From Eubacteriales bacterium (GTDB taxonomy: Bacteria; Bacillota; Clostridia; Oscillospirales; CAG-272), in assembly GCA_045594445.1 (NCBI GenBank), contig JAZNYL010000111.1, positions 10,087 to 74,086 on the forward strand: 64,000 bases of DNA. The letters run 5' to 3'. Of the stretch, positions 24,454 through 33,196 are shown in pieces. Each line of letters opens with the position of its first letter. The first letter of the stretch is position 1. The notes below the pieces were generated by a model, which ran no database searches, was not told the origin of the DNA, and worked only from the letters and a program-made list of their open reading frames with translations. The translations under genes were made by a program, and so were the position numbers.

Positions 24454-26472
24454 TTACTCAGCGTCCTGAACCTCTTCTGCTTCCTCAGCAGGAGCAGCCT
24501 CAAGCTCTGCCTTAGCCTCCTCCAGAAGAGCGCGGATGGACAGGTTGACCTTCTGCTTCTCGTTGTCGATAGCAACGATCTTAGCGTCAACGATCTGGCC
24601 GATCTCAAGCACGTCTGCGGGCTTTGCGATCTTGGTCATAGCGATCTGGGAAATGTGGATCAGACCGTCTACACCGTCAACGATCTCTGCAAATGCACCG
24701 AAGGGCATCATGCTGACGATCTTGACGCTTGCTACGTCACCCTCAGCGTAGGTGTGGGTGAATACATACCAAGGATTGGTCTCTGCGGTCTTGTAGCCCA
24801 GAGCAATTCTCTTCTTTTCCTTATCAAAGCTCTTGACGAAAACAGTCAGCACGTCGCCGATTGCTACAACGTCAGCGGGAGACTTGATTCTCTTCCAGGA
24901 CAGCTCGGATGCGTGAACCATGCCGTCAACGCCGCCCAGGTCAATAAATGCACCGTAGGTGGTCATGCTCTTCACAACGCCGGTATAGGTCTTGCCTTCC
25001 TCGATCTCGTTCCAGAAAGCTTCCTCGCGAGCCTTGCGCTCGTCTCTCTGTACCAGACGAATGGAGCCCTTAGCTCTCTTGCCCTCGCGGATCTCGATGA
25101 TTCTCAGCTTAACGGTAGTGTTCAGAATGGTGTTCAGGTCGCCGTCCTTGGGAACGCCGGTCTGAGATGCGTGTACGAACACGCGGTTGCTGTCAACGGA
25201 AACGATGACGCCACCCTTAACGACTTCGACAACAGTGCCCTCCAGCACTTCCTCGGAGTCCTTAGCTGCGACGATTCTGTACCAGTTCTTGTCAGAATCA
25301 ACGCGCTTCTTGGAAAGTTCAGCAACTCCCTCGATGTCACTGACGCGAATGACAAAGGCATCTACCTTGTCACCCTTGTGGAATCTGTCAGTCAACTTTT
25401 CGGGAGAATCATCAACTTGCTCGGCCTTGATGTAACCCGTAACGCCTGCGCCGAGGTCCAACTGGATCTCTGCATCGGTAACGTATTCAACGGTTCCGGT
25501 AACGACATCTCCTGTATTTAAAGTTTTGAGTGATGATTCCAACAGCTCTTCAAAGTTTTCAATAACTTCGCTCATGGTTTTTTCTACCTCCTCAATTATA
25601 TCGCGCGGTGTTGAGGCACCTGCCGCGATCCCCACCCTTTGGTGAGTAAACGGTCCATACGCAGAAAGCTGTGAAGCGCTTTCAACCAGGTAGGTATCCC
25701 GGCACGCACTCTTGCTGATATGGTACAGTTTTGTCGAATTTGAACTGCTCCGACTTCCGATCACAATCATGCAATCACACGCGCAGGCAAGGCTTGCAAC
25801 CTCTTTCTGGCGAATTTCCGTGATACTACATATTGTATCAAAAATTATCGGATTTGTATATAGTTTTTTGAGAAATTCTTTCGTTTTCAACCATTCGCCC
25901 AATTTTTGTGTTGTTTGGGCAACAATAATTGGTACTTTTGCGCATATCCTTTCCCACTTTTCGGGTGTCAGAATGCGTCCTAACTCCTCGGTGTCCGAAA
26001 ATACGATTTTTTCACCGTCAAAGCGGGACAAAAAGCCCACGACTTCGGGGTGATCCGAGGTGCCGAGCACGAACAGAACGTTCTCGGGCTTGTTGTGCTC
26101 TGCCACGATTTTATGGATCTTTTGCACGAACACGCAGGTGCAATCCACAAAGGAAAAATACGGATTTTTTGCTTGCAGGCAGGAAAGCTTTTGCTCTGTT
26201 TGCCGCGTCATGCCGTGCGCTCGCACGAACACCTTGACGGGTGCACTCTCGCACGCCTCTGCGCACAGCCGATCCAGATCCGCCTCGCTCGCAATGCCGA
26301 CACCCTGCTCCTGCAGACGGGACACGTAGGTATCGTTATGAATCAGCTTACCAAGCGTAAAAATGCGCGCACCGGGAGCATGATTGGCAATCTCTTGCTC
26401 TACCGCGTCGGCAGCCCTACCAACGCCAAAGCAAAAGCCTGCGTGCTTTGCAACGATGACTTCCCTTTTCAT
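24454..26472 (-). CDS. ispH: Bifunctional 4-hydroxy-3-methylbut-2-enyl diphosphate reductase (IspH/LytB) / ribosomal protein S1-domain fusion
   Basis: The N-terminal ~285 aa are IspH (AKHAGFCFGV..., VRAHG, GSRSSSNS). The C-terminal half has four S1 RNA-binding repeats (GDVVTGTV..., GTVVEVVKGG..., YTGVVKSMTTYGAFIDL..., GDVASVKIVSMMPFGAFAEI). Confidence 0.9.
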   Translation of the reverse strand: MKREVIVAKHAGFCFGVGRAADAVEQEIANHAPGARIFTLGKLIHNDTYVSRLQEQGVGIASEADLDRLCAEACESAPVKVFVRAHGMTRQTEQKLSCLQAKNPYFSFVDCTCVFVQKIHKIVAEHNKPENVLFVLGTSDHPEVVGFLSRFDGEKIVFSDTEELGRILTPEKWERICAKVPIIVAQTTQKLGEWLKTKEFLKKLYTNPIIFDTICSITEIRQKEVASLACACDCMIVIGSRSSSNSTKLYHISKSACRDTYLVESASQLSAYGPFTHQRVGIAAGASTPRDIIEEVEKTMSEVIENFEELLESSLKTLNTGDVVTGTVEYVTDAEIQLDLGAGVTGYIKAEQVDDSPEKLTDRFHKGDKVDAFVIRVSDIEGVAELSKKRVDSDKNWYRIVAAKDSEEVLEGTVVEVVKGGVIVSVDSNRVFVHASQTGVPKDGDLNTILNTTVKLRIIEIREGKRAKGSIRLVQRDERKAREEAFWNEIEEGKTYTGVVKSMTTYGAFIDLGGVDGMVHASELSWKRIKSPADVVAIGDVLTVFVKSFDKEKKRIALGYKTAETNPWYVFTHTYAEGDVASVKIVSMMPFGAFAEIVDGVDGLIHISQIAMTKIAKPADVLEIGQIVDAKIVAIDNEKQKVNLSIRALLEEAKAELEAAPAEEAEEVQDAE

Positions 26473-27107
26473 GCGTCCTGCTCCTTGCCCATAAACTGCT
26501 CACCGAGCGTGCAGATGCGGTCAAACACCTTTTCGGTAATGGCCACGTACTCGGTCTTCCCCGAAAGTCCCGCCGAATATTCCTCGTAGGTCATCGGGGC
26601 TCCGATCACGATGTCCAGCCTGCGACCGAACTTGTATTTGTAATCCTTCATGCAAAGGTAGCACGGCAGAACGGTTGCATGCGTGCGGCTTGCGATCATG
26701 CCGATGCCGTGATGGATCTCGGTTTCTCTGGGATTTATCCCCACGTTGCGGTGTCCCTGCGGGAAAATGCCCACGCACTTGCCCTGTTCCAGCATGGCAA
26801 TGCTTCGCTTGATGGCAGAGACGTCACCGCCTTTACGGTCAACCGGAAAGGCACCCAGCCCCTTGATCAGCCAGTTTAACAGAGGGATTCTGAAAAGCTC
26901 CTTTTTGGCCATGAAATGCGGCTGCTGCTTATGCGTGGCACTGCACAGAAAGATGGGATCTGCAAATACGGTATGGTTGCCGCAGATGATATACGGGCCT
27001 TGCTCGGGGCCGGGCTCGTTCTCTGCGCCGTGCACGTGCACGCGGAACAGCCACAAAAACGGCTTGCGGAGCACGCCGTGGAATACGCGATAAAATCCGC
27101 TCTTCAT
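26469..27107 (-). CDS. plsC: 1-acyl-sn-glycerol-3-phosphate acyltransferase
   Basis: The HX4D motif is CGNHTVFADP, and FPQGHR is an acyltransferase block. I moved the start to the ATG at 27107, one nt after the cmk stop, instead of the track's 27179, which overlaps cmk. Confidence 0.85.
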   Translation of the reverse strand: MKSGFYRVFHGVLRKPFLWLFRVHVHGAENEPGPEQGPYIICGNHTVFADPIFLCSATHKQQPHFMAKKELFRIPLLNWLIKGLGAFPVDRKGGDVSAIKRSIAMLEQGKCVGIFPQGHRNVGINPRETEIHHGIGMIASRTHATVLPCYLCMKDYKYKFGRRLDIVIGAPMTYEEYSAGLSGKTEYVAITEKVFDRICTLGEQFMGKEQDA

Positions 27108-27108
27108 C

Positions 27109-27792
27109 TTACAGATCGTTGAGCTTATCGCCCAGCTTTTCCTTGATAAAGGCAAGCAGGCTCTCAAGGCTTTCCTCAAAGGTCAGCCCGGAATTGTCGT
27201 ACATAATGGCGTCCTCTGCGGGGATCGCGGGAGCGATCTCGCGGCCTGCGTCCTGCGCGTCGCGCGCCAGCATTTCTTCCATGACCTGCTCCAAGGTAAC
27301 GTTCTGTCCCTTCTCGATCAGCTCCAGGTAGCGGCGCTTTGCGCGCGTTTCGGGAGATGCGGTCATGAAGAGCTTGAGATCTGCATTCGGCAGAATGACC
27401 GTGCCGATGTCGCGGCCGTCCATAATCACGCTGTTTTTGCGCGCGATCTCCTTCTGGGTTTCCAGCAAAAACGCTCTGACCTCGGGGATCTTGGAAACGC
27501 CCGACGCATACATGGAGATCTCGGGCTCGCGGATGCGGTCACCGGGATTGACACCGTTGAGATAAATATTCTGCACGCCGTCCTCAAACTTGACCTCGAT
27601 GCAGATTTCGGGCAAAAGAGAGATCACGGCAGCGGTATTTTCCCAGGAAAAGCCGTGGTCGCGCACGTAAAGACCGACGGTGCGGTACATCGCACCCGTG
27701 TCTACGTAAACGATTCCGAGTCTTTTGGCAATGGCCTTGGAAAGCGTGGTCTTACCGGCTCCGCCCGGTCCGTCAATGGCAATCTGAATCAT
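27109..27792 (-). CDS. cmk: Cytidylate kinase
   Basis: IAIDGPGGAGKTTLSKAIAKRLGIVYVDTGAMYR is a canonical Cmk N-terminus. Confidence 0.92.
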   Translation of the reverse strand: MIQIAIDGPGGAGKTTLSKAIAKRLGIVYVDTGAMYRTVGLYVRDHGFSWENTAAVISLLPEICIEVKFEDGVQNIYLNGVNPGDRIREPEISMYASGVSKIPEVRAFLLETQKEIARKNSVIMDGRDIGTVILPNADLKLFMTASPETRAKRRYLELIEKGQNVTLEQVMEEMLARDAQDAGREIAPAIPAEDAIMYDNSGLTFEESLESLLAFIKEKLGDKLNDL

Positions 27793-27814
27793 AGTTATTC
27801 TCCTTCAATATTAG

Positions 27815-29068
27815 TCAATCTGTCGCTGCGCTCTGTCCTGCTAAAAATCCCGTAGAAAACGCGATCTGCAAATTAAAGCCACCGGTATAAGCGTCCACGT
27901 CCAGCACCTCACCCGCAAAATAAAGCCCCGACACAAGGCGGGATTCCATGCTGGCAGGCTTGATCTGGCGCACGTCCACGCCACCCTTGGTCACAATGGC
28001 CTCGTCGATAGGCCGAAATCCGGTCAGCTTGACCGAAAAGCCCTTGAGCAGGGAGATCAGCGCACGGCGCTCCTCGGCCGTGACGGAATTGACCTTTTTT
28101 CGCGGATCAATGCCCGAGCGGGCAACCGCCACGTCAATCATTTTCTGCGGCAAAAGGTCGCCAAGGCTATTGACAAAATCCTTGTTCTGATATTTGGAAA
28201 AATCCGAAAGCAAGCGCGTGTCCAGCGTTTTTTCGTCCAGCGCGGGCTTGAGATCAATATAGGCTGTGTATTTTCCGGGCGCAATATCCGGCAGATGCGC
28301 AGATGCGCTCAGAATCATGGGACCGGTCAGGCCGAAATGCGTGAACATCATCTCGCCAAAATCGCGGTACACCGCCTTGCCGCTTGCGTTATCCTTGACG
28401 GTCAGACCCACGTTGCGCAAGGAAAGCCCCTGCATGGCGCGGCAATCCTTGTCCTCACAGGTGATAGGCACCAGCGAGGGGATCAGCCTTGTGACGTTGT
28501 GCCCTGCTCCGGCGGCAAGCTTGTAGCCGTCGCCGTCCGAACCGGTCAGCGGATAGGATTTGCCGCCCGTGCAAATAATCACGCGGTCAAACTCGTATTT
28601 TTTATCGGTGCAGAGACCGCAAACGCGATCGTTTTCAATCAGCAAGGAGCTCACTCTCTCGCACACGACCTTGACGCCCGCGTCAAGCACGGCACGCTTC
28701 ATGGCGTTGACCACGTCAATCGCCTTATCCGACACGGGAAACACGCGGTTGCCACGCTCAGTCTTGAGCGGCACGCCCAAATCCTCGAAAAAGGCCTTGG
28801 TATCCGCGGTGGAAAAGGCTGCCAGCGCACTGTAAAGAAAGCGCGGATTGGTGGGCACGTTGGACAAAAATTCATCCCTGCCACAATCGTTGGTCACGTT
28901 GCACCTGCCCTTGCCCGTAATGCGCAGCTTTTTGCCAAGGCGATCGTTTCGCTCAAACAAAGTGACCGCCGCGCCCATATTGGCGGCAGAAACCGCTGCC
29001 ATCATACCCGCAGCACCGCCGCCCACAACGGCGACGCGCACGGGAGAAAAATCACCGTATTCCATCAT
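27815..29068 (-). CDS. HI0933/BaiN-like NAD(P)/FAD-dependent oxidoreductase
   Basis: VAVVGGGAAGMMAA...GKKLRITGKGRCNVTN...GGKSYP are HI0933-family signatures. Confidence 0.85.
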   Translation of the reverse strand: MMEYGDFSPVRVAVVGGGAAGMMAAVSAANMGAAVTLFERNDRLGKKLRITGKGRCNVTNDCGRDEFLSNVPTNPRFLYSALAAFSTADTKAFFEDLGVPLKTERGNRVFPVSDKAIDVVNAMKRAVLDAGVKVVCERVSSLLIENDRVCGLCTDKKYEFDRVIICTGGKSYPLTGSDGDGYKLAAGAGHNVTRLIPSLVPITCEDKDCRAMQGLSLRNVGLTVKDNASGKAVYRDFGEMMFTHFGLTGPMILSASAHLPDIAPGKYTAYIDLKPALDEKTLDTRLLSDFSKYQNKDFVNSLGDLLPQKMIDVAVARSGIDPRKKVNSVTAEERRALISLLKGFSVKLTGFRPIDEAIVTKGGVDVRQIKPASMESRLVSGLYFAGEVLDVDAYTGGFNLQIAFSTGFLAGQSAATD

Positions 29069-29931
29069 TACTGCTGGGTTTTATCGTAAATGTCGTATTC
29101 GTCCCACAGCACCTCAAGGTGGCGAAGTCTCTCGGTCACCTGCTCCTGGCATACGCGGGAAACGGCTACGACAAGCGCGTTGATCACGCTCAAGGGGGCG
29201 ACCAGCGAATCCACGAAGGACGCCATATCGCTCTGCGCAACCAGCAGCTGGTCTGCGCTTGCGGCAAGCGGGGATTCCACGCTGTCGGTCAGGCAGATCA
29301 CGTCTGCACCGCTCTTGTGCGCGTACTCGGTTGCCTTGATGATTCTCTTGGAATATCTGGGGAAGCTGATGGCAATGACCACGTCGCCTTCACTCACGCC
29401 GATCATCTGCTCAAACACCTCAGCACCAGAGGCGGTCTGCACGCGGCGCACGTTGTCAAAGATCATACGCAGGCTGTGGTCGAGGAAGGACGCCAGCGAG
29501 GACGAGGAACGTACGCCCAAAATGTAGATATTCTTTGCGCCTACGATGCTGTTCACCGCTGCGTCAAACGCTTCGCGGTCAATGCCCTCCAGCGTTTTGC
29601 GGATCTTTTCGGCATCCGACTCCAGCACCTTGGAGAGCACGTCACCCTTACCAATCAGGTTATTGGTGACCTCGATGCGCTGGAAAGAGGTCAGCTTGGT
29701 GCGGATCAGCTCCTGCAGCGATTTCTGGAATTCGGGGTAGCCCTCGTATCCCAGTTCAATCACAAAGCGCACGACGGTGGACTCGGAAACGCCCACGGCG
29801 CAGCCGAGTTTGGAGGCGGTCATGTAGGCTGCCTTGTCGTATTCTTGCAAAATATATTTCGCAATCAGCTTTTGTCCCTTGGAAAAGCTGCTCATATTTT
29901 CTTCAAGAAGTCTTAAAATGTCTCTTTTCAT
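29068..29931 (-). CDS. MurR/RpiR-family transcriptional regulator (HTH + SIS domain)
   Basis: SKGQKLIAKYILQEYDKAAYMTASKLGCAVGVSESTVVRFV is an RpiR HTH, and the C-terminal part is a SIS domain. I chose the ATG at 29931 (AAGGAA RBS) rather than the track's TTG at 29955. Confidence 0.85.
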   Translation of the reverse strand: MKRDILRLLEENMSSFSKGQKLIAKYILQEYDKAAYMTASKLGCAVGVSESTVVRFVIELGYEGYPEFQKSLQELIRTKLTSFQRIEVTNNLIGKGDVLSKVLESDAEKIRKTLEGIDREAFDAAVNSIVGAKNIYILGVRSSSSLASFLDHSLRMIFDNVRRVQTASGAEVFEQMIGVSEGDVVIAISFPRYSKRIIKATEYAHKSGADVICLTDSVESPLAASADQLLVAQSDMASFVDSLVAPLSVINALVVAVSRVCQEQVTERLRHLEVLWDEYDIYDKTQQ

Positions 29932-30087
29932 AACAGATTTCCTTTCTGCCGTCAAGATTGGTGCTCAAAGAACGCCATTTTTCATTATACACCCATTCTC
30001 TTTTTGTGTCAAGGGTTTTTGCAAGTCTTTAGACGCAAAATTGCATTTTATCATTTCACAAATCTAATATTGGCGCCACATCTCAAA

Positions 30088-30334
30088 AAAAGTTTTCGCC
30101 CGCCTTTTTCAGAAAGGCATGGTGGCGTGTGAATATTGTTGTATTTTCAAGTGTTTTTGACGCCACCTGATGCTGAATTTCGGCAAAATTCAGCATCCAA
30201 AAGTTAACCGGCGCAGCCCTCGTCGCCTCCGCAGAGGCGAAACCTCTCTTACGCCGTTTCAATTCGCGCAGCGAATTACTGGTTCATTTTTTTGCGGCTA
30301 CTTGCTCAAAAAAAGAACGGAGATGGTTTTCTCA
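30088..30334 (+). repeat. Hairpin-rich intergenic repeat, copy A (full-length type with 5' module)
   Basis: It shares long identical blocks with 56038-56278 (AGTTTTCGCCCGCCTTTTTCAGAAA, GCATGGTGGCGTGTGAATATTG, CCCTCGTCGCCTCCGCAGAGGCG) and with 48727-48900. Confidence 0.8.
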
Positions 30335-30548
30335 GTGCAACAGAAAATACCCACCGCAAGCGCGGCGGGCATTTATACTAACTATCCCGGCAGTGTCGGC
30401 AACACTGGGAACGATTGCTCGGATGCATGACCAATTATTATTGAATTCACGCCTGACGGGACGTCGAGGGCGCCGTCCCCTGCAATCGGTGAAAACGCGT
30501 CACGCAAGGGGATCTCTTCATGTTTGCATTGTATTCATTCCGCACTCA

Positions 30549-31133
30549 TTATTCCGCGCGATTTCTCGCAAACTCACTGGCTAACATCGAATACGTCCCC
30601 ACCGTGCGATACGCGCCCTTGATCAGCATGGCCTCGCGTCTTTCGCCCTCAAATTTCATGCCCAGACGCTCCATGAGTCTGCAGGAGCGGTCGTTGCCCT
30701 TTAAGTACCTTGCCTCGATACGGTGCAGCTTGAGTGCGACAAAGCCAAAGCGCACCACCTCGGCAACCGCCTCGGTCGCATACCCTTTGCCTCCAAAGTC
30801 GGGGTGGAACACGTATCCGATCTCACCTGCGTCGTTGGGATAATCAAAGCGCGTAAAGCCGCAGGAACCAATCACTCTGCCGCTCGCCTTTTCCACCACG
30901 GCCCAGTCGAAATAGTCGCCCACGCTGTATCTCTGCCCGATATAGCGCAGATAATCCTGCGTGTACGCCACGCTTGTGTGCGGCGCCCAGGTCAGGTATT
31001 CGGTCACGTCAGAGCGGCAGGAATACGCGTAGATATCCTCCTTGTCCGTCACCAGCATCTTGCGCAGGATCAGGCGCTCGGTTTCAAGCGTGGGAATTTT
31101 TGAAAAGATTCGGTAGATGCTTTCCTTCTTCAT
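30549..31133 (-). CDS. GNAT-family N-acetyltransferase (RimJ/RimL-like)
   Basis: LETERLILRKM...IGYVFHPDFGGKGYATEA...HRIEARYLKGNDRSCRLMERLGMKFEG. I placed the start at the ATG at 31133 (AAGGAG RBS). Confidence 0.85.
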   Translation of the reverse strand: MKKESIYRIFSKIPTLETERLILRKMLVTDKEDIYAYSCRSDVTEYLTWAPHTSVAYTQDYLRYIGQRYSVGDYFDWAVVEKASGRVIGSCGFTRFDYPNDAGEIGYVFHPDFGGKGYATEAVAEVVRFGFVALKLHRIEARYLKGNDRSCRLMERLGMKFEGERREAMLIKGAYRTVGTYSMLASEFARNRAE

Positions 31134-31231
31134 GGGCAAAACTCCTTTGGTCGTCATATTCCCATTATAACGGATCATAAAGCCTTTTGCAAGAGTGTGG
31201 AAAAATTATTTGCAAAATATTACGGCTTTGC

Positions 31232-31260
31232 GTGACAAGACGTGAGTTTTGTGATATAAT
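31232..31260 (+). promoter_or_regulatory. Putative extended -10 promoter for the small ORF - murE paralogue pair
   Basis: GTGACA (31232-31237), a 17-nt spacer, then TG-A-TATAAT (31252-31260). Confidence 0.55.
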
Positions 31261-31293
31261 GGATAAGAATATGGAAAAGAGAGGAGGATGCAG

Positions 31294-31683
31294 ATGAAGG
31301 AACAGCTGAACCGCGTGATGGTGCCCGTTCTTTTGGGCGACGGCGCGCAGGCAAAAGGCATTGCACGCAAGCTTTACCGTCGCTTTGGCGTGATCTCGCA
31401 TATCTATTGCACCCGCCCCTCGCTCTTTACCTATCTGCTCTCTTACGTGCGCGTGGTGCGCATGCCCGATTATCTGCAAGGCGAGCTTTTGCTGGAGGAT
31501 CTTTGTACCTTTGCGCGCGAGTATCCCGATCTGCTCTTTTGTCTGATCCCCTGCAACGATGATTTTCGTGCCTTTTGCTTGGCGCACGCTCGCGAGCTTG
31601 AGCCTTATTACGTCATCCTGCAGCCCGAGCAGCTGACGCTTGGCACGCTGCCCTATCTTTCCAAGGAGGAGATGGCCGTATGA
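31294..31683 (+). CDS. Hypothetical 129-aa protein, translationally coupled to the murE paralogue
   Basis: The ORF overlaps the downstream ATG by ATGA. An AGGAGG RBS lies just upstream, and the second ATG at 31294 has the better spacing. The sequence (VPVLLGDGAQAKGIARKLYRRFGV...) is vaguely like a pre-ATP-grasp / Rossmann-like N-domain. No confident family. Confidence 0.55.
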   Translation: MKEQLNRVMVPVLLGDGAQAKGIARKLYRRFGVISHIYCTRPSLFTYLLSYVRVVRMPDYLQGELLLEDLCTFAREYPDLLFCLIPCNDDFRAFCLAHARELEPYYVILQPEQLTLGTLPYLSKEEMAV

Positions 31684-33149
31684 AGCTTTCCGAACTGATC
31701 CGAGATTTAGAATATACCTGCACGCGTCCGATTCCGGATGCAGAGATTACATACGTTTGCCACGATTCGCGCAAGGCAGGCCCGGACGCGATGTTCGTCT
31801 GCGTCTGTGGCTACGTCAGCGACGGCCACAACTACGCCCTTTCCGCCTATTCAAACGGTGCACGCGTGTTTGTGGCGCAAAAGCCGATCTCCTTACCCTC
31901 GGACGCGCTGGTGCTTTACGTGCAAGACTCACGCGTATCTCTTGCCGAGCTGGCGGCCACCATCTACGATCATCCCGCGGACAAGCTGTGCGTGATCGGC
32001 ATCACGGGCACCAAAGGAAAAACCACCACCGCCCTGATGATCCACGGCGTGCTGGAATCCCTGTCCATCCCCTCTGCCTACGTAGGCACCAACGGCATTG
32101 ATTTCGGTGGCAGACACTACGCCACGGTCAATTCTACCCCCGAAAGTCTGGATTTGCACCATTATATGGCGCAAATGGTGGAATGCGGCGTCAGGTACGT
32201 GGTCATGGAGGTGTCCTCACAGGCGCTCAAGCTGCATCGCGTGCACGGCATTCGCTTTGACATTTGCATCTTTACCAATCTCTATCACGACCACATCGGC
32301 GGCGTGGAGCACGCAGACATGGAGGAATACAAATCCTGCAAAAAAAAGCTGTTCTCCTTCCCCGGTATCAAGCATATTCTGTGCAACGCGGACGATCCCG
32401 AGGCGGCATATATGGTCGAGGGTGCAATCGCGCCCGTGACCACGCTCGGCAAGGGCAAGACCTGTGCTTGGCGCGCCGACCGCGTCAAGGCAGAGATCTG
32501 CCACCGCGTCCCCGGCACATCGTTTACCTGCCACACGCCCGATGGCCATTCCCTGCCCGTACAGATTCCCTTCCCGGGAGATTACAGCGTTTATAACGCG
32601 CTGTGCGCGCTTGCGGTTTGCGACAAGCTGGGCATTCCGCCGGAAGACAGCGTAGCCGCGCTTGGTCACGTGCGCGTCAAGGGCCGCTTTGAGCCGGTAT
32701 TTTTGCCGAGCCGCCCCGATTCTATCTTTATCATTGATTACGCGCATAACGGTGCTTCCCTGCGTGCCGTGTTGGAGTCCTTGCGTGCTTATAAGCCAAA
32801 ACGTCTGATCTGCTTGTTCGGCTCTGTGGGTGACCGCACGCAGATGCGCCGCTTGGAGCTTGGCGCGGTGGCAAGCGAGCTTTGCGATCTCTCGATCCTG
32901 ACCTCGGACAACCCCGGCAACGAATCCCCCGACAAGATCATCGCAGACATTGCAGCCGCCTTTACCCACGACCGCTACGTCGCTATCCCTGATCGTGCCG
33001 AGGCGATCGCTTACGCGGTCAGACAAGCCCAAAAAGGCGACATGATCCTGCTTGCGGGCAAGGGCCACGAGGCCTATCAATACGTGCGCGGCAAATATCT
33101 GCCCTTCTCGGAGAGGGAGATTTTGATGGAAGCGGACAAAACCTTATAA
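31680..33149 (+). CDS. murE: UDP-N-acetylmuramoyl-tripeptide synthetase (MurE paralogue, DNPG variant)
   Basis: Mur ligase P-loop GITGTKGKTTT and full three-domain length (489 aa). DNPG sits where DAP-type MurE has DNPR. Confidence 0.85.
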   Translation: MKLSELIRDLEYTCTRPIPDAEITYVCHDSRKAGPDAMFVCVCGYVSDGHNYALSAYSNGARVFVAQKPISLPSDALVLYVQDSRVSLAELAATIYDHPADKLCVIGITGTKGKTTTALMIHGVLESLSIPSAYVGTNGIDFGGRHYATVNSTPESLDLHHYMAQMVECGVRYVVMEVSSQALKLHRVHGIRFDICIFTNLYHDHIGGVEHADMEEYKSCKKKLFSFPGIKHILCNADDPEAAYMVEGAIAPVTTLGKGKTCAWRADRVKAEICHRVPGTSFTCHTPDGHSLPVQIPFPGDYSVYNALCALAVCDKLGIPPEDSVAALGHVRVKGRFEPVFLPSRPDSIFIIDYAHNGASLRAVLESLRAYKPKRLICLFGSVGDRTQMRRLELGAVASELCDLSILTSDNPGNESPDKIIADIAAAFTHDRYVAIPDRAEAIAYAVRQAQKGDMILLAGKGHEAYQYVRGKYLPFSEREILMEADKTL

Positions 33150-33153
33150 AGTA

Positions 33154-33179
33154 AGGCCTCCTGCCACGGCAGGAGGCCT
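33154..33179. terminator. Bidirectional terminator between the convergent murE paralogue and ftsZ
   Basis: AGGCCTCCTGCC AC GGCAGGAGGCCT is a near-perfect 12-bp inverted repeat, followed by GAATTTTG on the plus strand. Confidence 0.75.
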
Positions 33180-33196
33180 GAATTTTGCTATGTAGA

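Noticed and set aside
24454-26472. The IspH-ribosomal protein S1 fusion as a possible novelty.
   Set aside because: As far as I recall, this bifunctional arrangement is already commonly annotated in Clostridia. It is noted as a feature, not a discovery.
30170-30430. Track ORFs in the repeat regions (30170-30430 and 56120-56551) with similar N-termini, MLNFGKIQHPK.. and MLNFCEIQHPK...
   Set aside because: The similarity follows the DNA repeat. The frames diverge after about 30 codons, there is no RBS, and the differences between copies are paired stem changes rather than synonymous changes. I treat them as non-coding.
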